Part shown: positions 56,195 through 64,000 of the stretch, one piece after another | Position numbering within the stretch: the stretch's first letter is position 1 | How the letters are laid out: each line of letters starts with the position of its first letter | Source: a virus | Strand: one strand, 5' to 3' | DNA length: 64,000 nucleotides | IMG/VR virus record: IMGVR_UViG_3300045242_000006 | Coordinates: 33,287 to 97,286 of that record | Program-made: the position numbers and the translations under genes | The notes under the pieces: model-generated | The model's input: the letters and a program-made list of their open reading frames with translations, nothing else | Told to the model about the DNA's origin: nothing | The model's database searches: none

Positions 56195-56392
56195 TTAGCA
56201 AGTGCCGTAACTAGACGACCAATGGTCAGGCTGATACTCAGCCGTGGTATTATATGCTCGACCACCTTCGAATGTGATATCGAAGACAATGTTGTGTTCG
56301 TCAGCAACAACCCGAGCCTGTGCGTGCAGCACTTGGATAGCTTCTACCATGCTTGCGACATATTGAGTTGCTTCGTGGTTGGACATACTCAT
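56195..56392 (-). CDS. WxSSxC-tail protein 5
   Basis: Ends HWSSSYGTC*. Confidence 0.75.
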   Translation of the reverse strand: MSMSNHEATQYVASMVEAIQVLHAQARVVADEHNIVFDITFEGGRAYNTTAEYQPDHWSSSYGTC

Positions 56393-56625
56393 TTGATTTC
56401 TCCAATTGTGTTGAAAGTGAAACCTTGCCCATTCTGCACAATCAGAGGGAAGGTGCGGAAGCCCATCATACCGAGTTCTTCCAGTTTGTCCATTAAATCT
56501 TCCATGTGATAATCCTTATCAAGGACAAGGACATCGAATTCAATGCCGCGAGACTTTAGCACAGCTTTAGCTTGTTCGCAAGATGTGCAAGGGATTTTAC
56601 TGTAAATCACCACTTTGTTGCCCAT
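56389..56625 (-). CDS. Glutaredoxin
   Basis: CTSC, RTFP. Confidence 0.9.
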   Translation of the reverse strand: MGNKVVIYSKIPCTSCEQAKAVLKSRGIEFDVLVLDKDYHMEDLMDKLEELGMMGFRTFPLIVQNGQGFTFNTIGEIK

Positions 56626-56752
56626 TAATAGTGCTCCTCATTATCAACCAATAAATCTTCGTCATCATAGAAAAACTCTTCATCCAGAAAACTATCACAT
56701 TCTGGGCACCATACATCTTCATCATCAACGAAAGCATCGCAGATCGGACACA

Positions 56753-56938
56753 TCATACTAATCTACCCTCCAGTTTGTCAATACGTTTTTGCATGCGTTC
56801 AATGCGCTTTTCTAGCTTGATCGCTTCGCAGGCCTTCACCCACTCACCTTTGCTGTGCTCCTTCACTTCCAGACTATGCCAGCTGTAGTCGCTCCAGCGG
56901 TCGTATTCCTTCTCAAGTGTCACATTATACCTTTTCAT
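56753..56938 (-). CDS. Hypothetical protein
   Basis: Follows promoter TTGCAG-N17-TAGAAT. Confidence 0.6.
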   Translation of the reverse strand: MKRYNVTLEKEYDRWSDYSWHSLEVKEHSKGEWVKACEAIKLEKRIERMQKRIDKLEGRLV

Positions 56939-56987
56939 AAAAACGCCCTCGATCGTTATGATGAGGGCGATTCTACGCTTCTATTTG

Positions 56988-57338
56988 TTAAACTGCAAGC
57001 CCTTTTTGGTAAGAATCGAAAGCAATCCTTGTCACAGCTTGGGTGTACATCTTCGTCACAGCATCCTTCGTCAGAGCTTGGCTGTTGAAGGCAATCAGCT
57101 CAGCACCCATATCAGTTTCAAATTGAGCCTGTAGGGCCATCAGGTTCTCAAGGTCACGTACATCCTCAGCCGAGTCAAGGAACGTAGCGTAGACGCGATC
57201 CTGAGCTGGTGTGAGGTGAATGGTGAAATCTGGTGCAACGGTGTCGCCCGTGAGGACAAGAGTCGCCCCAGCGTTGTCTACGGTCGTTACCAGCGATCCG
57301 CCTGTTGTCAGGACGGTAGTATTAGTTACAGGTGTCAT
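56988..57338 (-). CDS. Hypothetical protein
   Basis: GGAG RBS. Confidence 0.7.
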   Translation of the reverse strand: MTPVTNTTVLTTGGSLVTTVDNAGATLVLTGDTVAPDFTIHLTPAQDRVYATFLDSAEDVRDLENLMALQAQFETDMGAELIAFNSQALTKDAVTKMYTQAVTRIAFDSYQKGLAV

Positions 57339-57399
57339 TTTATTTCTCCATTAAAATGGGGCGTTGCCGCCCCTTCGCCATTATTGGCATGCGGTCAGT

Positions 57400-59133
57400 T
57401 TACTGACACATTTCGCAAGACTCAACACGGGTGATTTCCCCGGCGCCTCGCATACTGTAGATATAGTATAGGGACAAGATGTTAGGATCGTTGAAAGCAA
57501 GCCTGTGGATCTTACCGATGTACTCCGGTGTATCGTTCGACGTGAAGTAGAGGTTGATGCTCTGACCTTGGTCGATGTAGTTTTGACGCTGAGAGCACAG
57601 ACGCAAGTGGTCTTCCATTGGAATTTCAAACGCTGTACGGAACACCGCTTTCTCTTCGTCTGTCAGCCATGTCACGTGTTGAACAGAACCCTTACGTTCG
57701 TTCATATCCTTAACACATTGCTCGATATCCAAACCTTTCAGCTTGATTAGGTTCAACAGCACTTTGTTGATGCGGAAGAACTCACCACCAGCAGATTGTT
57801 TGGTGAAGCACATGGCAACGTCCAGACCAACACCCTCAGAAGCTCCTGCCATCAACTCAGCGGTCGATTTGGTAGGTGGCATCATCAGCATAGTGGCATT
57901 GCGTTGCCCAAGCCCTACACAGCCGTCTGGCTCGCCCATGGTGACAGCCAACCAAGAGTTTGCGGCAGTTGCGTCTTTGTGAATACCACGGAAGATTTTG
58001 GTGTTCAACATCATAGCTTCCATGCTCGACACAGACATCATCTCAGCTTGTAACAGAGTGTGGAACCCTAGAACGCCACTACCCAGTGCACGAAACTCTT
58101 TGGTGAAGCGTAGAATCTTCTCCATTGCACGTAGGTCCTTCTTAGACAATGTTGTTTCCATCGTCTCAATGTATTCACTGATGTTGCAGTCACTCATAAC
58201 TTGACCAACAAACACAAGGTGTTCAGGCCAGCTACGGTACAACTCTAAGTTGTAGTTGAGGATCACACAACTGAAAGTGTAGTCGTCATCTGCTGGCAAG
58301 TTGGTTTCTTGACACAAGTTGGAAGCTCTTGCTCGTAGTCCAGCACGTTTAAATGCCTTAGCCAACTTGCGATTCATCTTGTCAATGAATGTGAAATATC
58401 CCTTGCCACGTGGCATCTTAATGCCCAGCATCTTAGCAAACTTGCGAAGTGCTTCAGGATCTTCGTTGTTCATCCAATCAACAAACTCATCGTCGATCAA
58501 CCAACCAACGTTGTTACTCTCTGTACGTTCGTACAGGAAGTCTGCAACTTTATCAAAGTCACCGTGTTGAGGACGCAGGCTGTAAGCACACGATCCACGG
58601 CGTGGCCCTTGAGCCACCTCTTCCATTACGTTAATGATGTCTCTTACCAGCGGCATAAGCCCCTGAGAGTGTCCACCTCGAATCTTATCACCTTCAGCAG
58701 GCCAATCATCCAAGCAGTAACTAGTTCCATGGCTGTGCTTTGTCAGGATCGCCGCTTCTGTCAGGAAGTCATAACGATCAAATAGGCTGTTGCCAACATT
58801 ACCACCAGCACAGCTTACAGTCGTACCACGTTGACGCAGGCCACCGTTCGCCAGTAGTGGAGTAGATGGGCTCACGAAACCGTCCCACATCGTCTGGAAG
58901 AATGCATCTTCCCAAGTCTTGCCTGTCCAGTATGGATGTTGATTCCACCACTCAGGGTACACTTCAGGAGCGTGCTTCGCCATAGCTTGAGCTACAGTGC
59001 GGAAGCGAGACTTAACTGTCTCATTGTTGTACGAGTATTTATCGTAGAACAGTTGGATACCGCCCGAAGTGTACCACGATGGGCACACGCCGTCTTCAAT
59101 TTGTTTCTTTCTTAATGCAGAGTAGTTAATCAT
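57400..59133 (-). CDS. nrdA: Ribonucleotide reductase class I alpha subunit (no ATP cone)
   Basis: STP.LANG, SC, SNLCQE, LG.GV.G, PT, DQGQS, LYY, C-terminal CEMC. Confidence 0.93.
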   Translation of the reverse strand: MINYSALRKKQIEDGVCPSWYTSGGIQLFYDKYSYNNETVKSRFRTVAQAMAKHAPEVYPEWWNQHPYWTGKTWEDAFFQTMWDGFVSPSTPLLANGGLRQRGTTVSCAGGNVGNSLFDRYDFLTEAAILTKHSHGTSYCLDDWPAEGDKIRGGHSQGLMPLVRDIINVMEEVAQGPRRGSCAYSLRPQHGDFDKVADFLYERTESNNVGWLIDDEFVDWMNNEDPEALRKFAKMLGIKMPRGKGYFTFIDKMNRKLAKAFKRAGLRARASNLCQETNLPADDDYTFSCVILNYNLELYRSWPEHLVFVGQVMSDCNISEYIETMETTLSKKDLRAMEKILRFTKEFRALGSGVLGFHTLLQAEMMSVSSMEAMMLNTKIFRGIHKDATAANSWLAVTMGEPDGCVGLGQRNATMLMMPPTKSTAELMAGASEGVGLDVAMCFTKQSAGGEFFRINKVLLNLIKLKGLDIEQCVKDMNERKGSVQHVTWLTDEEKAVFRTAFEIPMEDHLRLCSQRQNYIDQGQSINLYFTSNDTPEYIGKIHRLAFNDPNILSLYYIYSMRGAGEITRVESCEMCQ

Positions 59134-60185
59134 TCAATTTCTCCAGTTTCAACATAACCACGAATAAAGCCGCTTTCATCCCAGCCGCTTTCATACTCCA
59201 TGCCCATGCCCGGAGTGAAGAAGTCAACCATCTTGTAAGAGTCAGTGCCTAATTCAAACCACTTTGTAATTGGGGAGGTTGCTTCAGGGAATGGCAAATC
59301 CAATCCTAGACGTTCAGCAAACACGTTCAACCTTACTTTGATGTAACTCTTGAAGTCATCCTTAGTCATGCCATTCAATGTATCTTCAAGGAACGCCAGA
59401 TCAATAATCAAACATTCATGTTCGTATGCATATTGAATCGCCTTGTAAATCTGTTCAACACGTTTAGTGTCTTCACGTAGGGGACGGCCCAGCTCTTTGT
59501 AATGTTGGTTGATCGCCCAAGCAGCGGCGAGTCCATGCAAGTCTTCATCAATGGCAGATTGGTTAGTACCACGCACAACTACTGGAAGTTTGTTATATCC
59601 ATTAGACTGGAAGCTCTTCAAGATTGCAAAGCTGGCAAACAGTAGTGCAGTTTCAGTCATCGAGAATACAATACAAGACAACAGTTTGTCTTCACCAGAC
59701 AACACCTTCTCAAGCCATTCAACACGTGCAGCCAACTCAGGGTTTGCCGCGTACGCACGGTAGTCTTCGTCTTTATCTAGCCCAAGTTGTGTATTTAGTT
59801 GGTTGTAGAAGCGTGCATGAACTTGAAGTTCGAAGGCAGCAAATGCAGCAGCCATTGCTTTAGCTTCTGGAGTTGGGAACACTTTAATAAACAAGCCATT
59901 CCAGAACTCTTCTCCAACAATCAACTCATATTTGAGGAACAGTTGAAGAACAAACTTTACAGCATGGAGCTGTGTAGGTGTTAAATCAAATAGAAGTTGC
60001 ATTCTGTCTAGTTCAACTTTCATTTCTGTATTAGTCCAGAACTGTTTGTCAAACTGTTGATCAGCAAACTCATAGAACTGTGGGTAGACAGTGGCGTAAC
60101 TGTCTGTCTCTGTCATGATGCGTGTCTTGGCATCAAAATCGAACGGTAGCCCCATTGCTACCGCTTCTGGTTGGTTAATCGGCAT
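59130..60185 (-). CDS. nrdB: Ribonucleotide reductase beta subunit
   Basis: E..VH...Y, DEDLH, DFF. Confidence 0.92.
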   Translation of the reverse strand: MPINQPEAVAMGLPFDFDAKTRIMTETDSYATVYPQFYEFADQQFDKQFWTNTEMKVELDRMQLLFDLTPTQLHAVKFVLQLFLKYELIVGEEFWNGLFIKVFPTPEAKAMAAAFAAFELQVHARFYNQLNTQLGLDKDEDYRAYAANPELAARVEWLEKVLSGEDKLLSCIVFSMTETALLFASFAILKSFQSNGYNKLPVVVRGTNQSAIDEDLHGLAAAWAINQHYKELGRPLREDTKRVEQIYKAIQYAYEHECLIIDLAFLEDTLNGMTKDDFKSYIKVRLNVFAERLGLDLPFPEATSPITKWFELGTDSYKMVDFFTPGMGMEYESGWDESGFIRGYVETGEIE

Positions 60186-60187
60186 TA

Positions 60188-60529
60188 TTAATCCTTGTCA
60201 ACTGGTGTGATCGTACCTTGATAAGACATAGTACGAAGTGTGTGTCTCAAACTCTTATCGGTGGTTGCTTCAATTTGAGCGTCCATAGATGCACAGCCAG
60301 TAGCCAGCCATGCTTTATCAATACGTTCAAAGCCTTCAACCCGAATACCGTAGTATTCAATCTTGTTGATTGTGCGATGGTTGCACGCTACAAGTTCATA
60401 GCCTAGGGCTACGTCCATACCATTCGTAAACAGAATGGACTCAAAGATTTTCTTATTCTCAATTTCAACAGCTTCTTGGAAGCCATCAACCATGTTTAGA
60501 TCATGGAAACTCAGTGCGTAATCAGCCAT
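60188..60529 (-). CDS. Hypothetical protein
   Basis: Between thyX and nrdB. Confidence 0.75.
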   Translation of the reverse strand: MADYALSFHDLNMVDGFQEAVEIENKKIFESILFTNGMDVALGYELVACNHRTINKIEYYGIRVEGFERIDKAWLATGCASMDAQIEATTDKSLRHTLRTMSYQGTITPVDKD

Positions 60530-61466
60530 TTTTATATTCCTTGCATACGTTATTCGGGATCAATTGGCGGTGTTGAATCCAATTGACAAAATTACCACTC
60601 CAAAGATTACCTTTGCGGTCAGCATGGGTGATACCCTCTTCCCAAGTTTCTGGAAGCGCTGGCGAGTTGACTTCAAAGTCATACGCGAATCCATGTTGGT
60701 ATTTATATGGAGCCATAGGTGACGCCTGATGCTCAAAAGGACTGGCATGTACCGGCTCACTCTCCACAAGGCGCTTATACACCATCTGAGCCTTCTCAAG
60801 TGTATCATCCAGTTTACGGTAGCTCACTTGAGCACAGCAGCTAGAAGAGATTGCCAGAGCGTTTGCAAGGGTCTTTTCTGGGTCTACCTTCTCCATGTAC
60901 GGATTCCAGTAACCATACTCTGTGTATGGAGTATGCCACCAACCCGGTTGCAGTTGAATAGGCGTACTCTCCTGCAAAACTTCCCACATCAAACGAGCAA
61001 GCTCTTTGATTTCAGGTTGTGCATCTTCATGGTTACGTAGCCAGAAGAAGTTATCCATACATGTAGCTGTCATGACAGTCTTCATTGTCTGGAATGGTTC
61101 AAGGATTCGGTTTGCTGTTTGTTTGTGAAGCCCGTGAAAGTCTAATTCCTCTGCAAATTTAGCAGCTTGATTTGCAGCAGCAACCCACACAGTTTTAACG
61201 GCACTCAGTTTCAGACCTGTTAACTGTTCTTTAGCTTGCATTCCCGGCTGATTAACACCCCAATGAAGTGGCATAGCCTCATGTCTGCGAACTGCTGCAA
61301 TGATATTCTTTACAGGAATTGCCCGCGAAGAGGCAGCATTACGTGAGAACAGACGGTGCGTCATGAACTCTCCGTGAATGAAACGTTGATACTCCAACTC
61401 CCACGTAACGATCTGTTGGCCGTTAGGTGCGATGGAGTGAGCGATGATTTTAGCAGTAATTGTCAT
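60522..61466 (-). CDS. thyX: Flavin-dependent thymidylate synthase
   Basis: EFMTHR.FSRNAASSRAIP, AQPEI, HASPFEH. Confidence 0.92.
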   Translation of the reverse strand: MTITAKIIAHSIAPNGQQIVTWELEYQRFIHGEFMTHRLFSRNAASSRAIPVKNIIAAVRRHEAMPLHWGVNQPGMQAKEQLTGLKLSAVKTVWVAAANQAAKFAEELDFHGLHKQTANRILEPFQTMKTVMTATCMDNFFWLRNHEDAQPEIKELARLMWEVLQESTPIQLQPGWWHTPYTEYGYWNPYMEKVDPEKTLANALAISSSCCAQVSYRKLDDTLEKAQMVYKRLVESEPVHASPFEHQASPMAPYKYQHGFAYDFEVNSPALPETWEEGITHADRKGNLWSGNFVNWIQHRQLIPNNVCKEYKNG

Positions 61467-61567
61467 TTTCTCTCCTTAAAGACAAAGGGAAGCCTTTTAG
61501 TGGGCTTCCCTTAATAAGTGTGATTGCCTGTGTAGGATGGTATTATCGCATCTTTTACACTATCGTG

Positions 61568-62149
61568 TCAAGCCCTCAATAGAAGAGAATCAGTATCTTT
61601 TGAGGCTGTTGGACGGTCATCAATCAATACACTTTGGGCTTGAGCATCAATGATGATTGCCAGAGAAGCCATGGCATGACCAAGGTTGTGCACTGTACTA
61701 TCAGACGCATCCTCTTGACCTTCTTGCCACTGTGCGATATGCCGCAATGCCGCGTCAATGTAGACAGACGCCTTGACGTTGGTATCACGCCAGTTGCACA
61801 GACCATATTTATCTGCACCATTCTCCAAAGCTCGGTTCACTTCGATATTAGCTGACAAAGGCAAGTATCGTAAAGAGTACTTCTTGCTAGCTGCTCCAAC
61901 TTTTGGGTTGCCAATCTCTGGAGGGCTTGTTTGTCCAGTGTGAACAGAGGACATCAGATGATCAGAAAGGCTCACCTCACGACGCCATATATCCCTTTGG
62001 ATATAGTCCTTAACTTGTTGGGTCGTGTACCCGCCAGCGGTGCCAGCTCCATTACCCTGATCTTCCCAAGACAATGTACAGTAATCACCATCTTCATGAA
62101 TGGTGTAAATTGCCCCAGTTTTCATGTTCTTAACTTTGTAAGACATCAC
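61568..62149 (-). CDS. dATP/dGTP diphosphohydrolase-like (DUF5664-type)
   Basis: GA.KYG..NWR, Y.DAA.RH..W..G.D..S..H.LGHA. Confidence 0.8.
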   Translation of the reverse strand: MMSYKVKNMKTGAIYTIHEDGDYCTLSWEDQGNGAGTAGGYTTQQVKDYIQRDIWRREVSLSDHLMSSVHTGQTSPPEIGNPKVGAASKKYSLRYLPLSANIEVNRALENGADKYGLCNWRDTNVKASVYIDAALRHIAQWQEGQEDASDSTVHNLGHAMASLAIIIDAQAQSVLIDDRPTASKDTDSLLLRA

Positions 62150-62361
62150 TCTTCTTCATCCTTATGCAGCTTAGCTACAAGTGGTTCATCCAGACCAAGT
62201 GCATCCTCAAGGATAGCTTTGGCTGTAGTAATCTTGACAAGCAACACCATCAATTGATCGGCTGTTTCACCATGAGCATCCAATAGGCCACTCATGAATT
62301 CATGAAACTCAACTGGATCGAGTAGGTCTTTCGCATTTACAGCGTTAATTAGGTCACTCAC
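62146..62361 (-). CDS. Hypothetical protein
   Basis: Coupled ORF. Confidence 0.6.
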   Translation of the reverse strand: MSDLINAVNAKDLLDPVEFHEFMSGLLDAHGETADQLMVLLVKITTAKAILEDALGLDEPLVAKLHKDEEE

Positions 62362-62514
62362 AGTGCTTCCTCCAACAGGGATTCAGTAATGGATTCCAGC
62401 AACACCATCAAGACTGGAATGTTCTTTGGGATGTCTTCCACTTCAGGGAATGTTTTCTCCATCAACTCCAGAATATCAAATGCGAGAGTTGCTTGTTCCA
62501 AGCTCAGTTGAATT

Positions 62515-62742
62515 TTATCCGACATTTTGTTCTCCTTTTTCATTCAATTTATTAAAGTATCGACGGATAGTATAACCACGTCCAATACTCCACACTGTAC
62601 AACCAATGGTTGCCACAGTAGCAGATATTACAGGGTTTGACCAGAGGGATAGACAACCTACTGTAATCAACCAGCTACCAACCATGCCAACGCCTGTGTT
62701 GGTCATAGTTTCTTTGAGAGATTGTTTCTTACTCTGTGTCAT
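62515..62742 (-). CDS. Small membrane protein
   Basis: QS..QSL.E..TN..VG...SI.RGY.IRR.FN. Confidence 0.7.
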   Translation of the reverse strand: MTQSKKQSLKETMTNTGVGMVGSWLITVGCLSLWSNPVISATVATIGCTVWSIGRGYTIRRYFNKLNEKGEQNVG

Positions 62743-63034
62743 CAGGTTTTTGCCCCCAAGTCCATTCAACGTCTTCGCCGTCATTATCATCAGTTGAAAT
62801 GTTATTCATCTGCATCAATATCCACCTCAATGCGAACTCTGAACGTAGCTTTCATGCAAGCAGCTTCACCATACTCTTTCAAGAGAGCTGGGCCAGTACT
62901 ATCAAAAGCCATCTGTACATAAAACTCAAGGTCTTCAATTTGATTTACATTGTAAGTATTATCAAGAATCACGATAGACATTTTTGTTCCTCCTGTGTTG
63001 AGAGGGGCCATTCTATAACAGCCCCTTCTTCATG

Positions 63035-63814
63035 TCAACCCTTGTAACGTTCTTTCAGGTAGTCGAGGGAGATAGGCATTGGCAAACCAAAACCATCTTG
63101 AACCTCATTCAACACCATCAAGCCCCTGAAGTGCTGATTTCCCTGATAACCTTTGTAGGCTTCGTCGTGAGGGTAACATGCTCCGTTGATAATGCCGATG
63201 CGATATTTACCGTCAAGTTGATTGTCAGCGATTGCAATGTCCAGCACTTGCTTATGCCCAACTACAAACGAACCACCTACAGCCTTAAGTTGACCAGCAG
63301 CATTACCAGCACGTGGACGGCCATTCATCGGGTTCATCAGATAGTGAACATAATGGATACCATCAACTTCAACAGGCTTCAGGAATGGAAAAACTTCCCA
63401 ACCAAATTGTTCCAGATTAAGTGTTGCAGTACCAACAAAACCATCAAGCTCTGGATTATCGTTTGCCATCCGATCAAAGCGCTCTTCGTGATTGCCCGTG
63501 CAGAATACCATGCGAGGGCTATACACCTTCTTTTTGTTCGCTCGTTGTTGCTCTTGCAGGCGTTTAGTTGGGTCAGTGAGACGACGCATACCTTCCATGC
63601 CAGCTTCGATATCCAAGACAAGGCGACGACCCTCCATAGCTTTCTTGCCCTTATCGTAAGAGCTTAGAGATTCAAAGTCAAAGTGATCACCGATGTGGAT
63701 AATCACGTCTGGTTTCTTTTCAGCGATGTATTCGCCAATGTGGGAAAGATACTCTAGAGAAGTACCCGGCTTACATTGGGTATCAGCGATCACCAAGTGT
63801 CTTTTCTTACTCAT
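63035..63814 (-). CDS. Metallophosphoesterase
   Basis: ADTQ, GDH.D, GNHE, GH. Confidence 0.88.
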   Translation of the reverse strand: MSKKRHLVIADTQCKPGTSLEYLSHIGEYIAEKKPDVIIHIGDHFDFESLSSYDKGKKAMEGRRLVLDIEAGMEGMRRLTDPTKRLQEQQRANKKKVYSPRMVFCTGNHEERFDRMANDNPELDGFVGTATLNLEQFGWEVFPFLKPVEVDGIHYVHYLMNPMNGRPRAGNAAGQLKAVGGSFVVGHKQVLDIAIADNQLDGKYRIGIINGACYPHDEAYKGYQGNQHFRGLMVLNEVQDGFGLPMPISLDYLKERYKG

Positions 63815-64000
63815 ACTACCTCCACTCTAATAGAATTGTCTGCAATGTTCGGAATTATATTAACTCTCGAACCTTTAAGTTCACTGTAAAACGCACTCTC
63901 TGCCCGTGACCGTACAATATATAATCCTTGGTCTGTCATAGGAATATTATTCATTAATATCAAACTGAACACGTAACTTTGAATAGCTGATAATAGATTC

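Noticed and set aside
61568-62149. dATP/dGTP diphosphohydrolase plus MazG as a sign of a Z-base (2-aminoadenine) genome
   Set aside because: No PurZ or DatZ is recognisable in the window, and these hydrolases are common without Z.

Overview
64 kb segment of a lytic contractile-tailed dsDNA phage. Gene content and order resemble the ~90-100 kb Pseudomonas myophages of the PAK_P1/phiPsa374 type; this is an inference, as no search was run. Layout: (1) 1-9.4 kb, minus strand: head, neck and sheath genes plus terminase. (2) 9.5-13.6 kb: a minus-strand cluster of about 21 tRNAs interleaved with several non-canonical tRNA-like or structured RNAs, an HNH gene and small ORFs. (3) Probable terS and a ~330-nt highly structured non-coding leader, followed by divergent sigma70 promoters at ~14.75 kb. 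(4) 14.8-37.4 kb, plus strand: PhoH, ClpP-like protein, dCMP deaminase, DNA ligase, RNA-repair genes, a Prs/NAMPT (NARP1-like) NAD module, macrodomain, SLOG, a TelA-vWA-TerC-TerD cassette and an RF-like/bL12 fusion. (5) A 1.2-kb non-coding convergence zone full of host-factor-like sites and GNA mini-hairpins. (6) 38.6-64 kb, minus strand: small early-type genes with individual sigma70 promoters, a DndB-like DGQHR moron, HNHs, a nucleotidyltransferase next to five proteins sharing a C-terminal W-x-[SA]-S-x(1-3)-C motif, then glutaredoxin, NrdAB and ThyX. Best candidates for undescribed biology: the NTase plus WxSSxC protein array (52.7-56.6 kb), the large structured RNA upstream of terS, the expanded-cloverleaf tRNA-like RNAs, and the host-binding-site array at 37.4-38.6 kb. 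All family assignments come from motif recognition by eye. Several starts were moved from the ORF track to RBS-supported codons.
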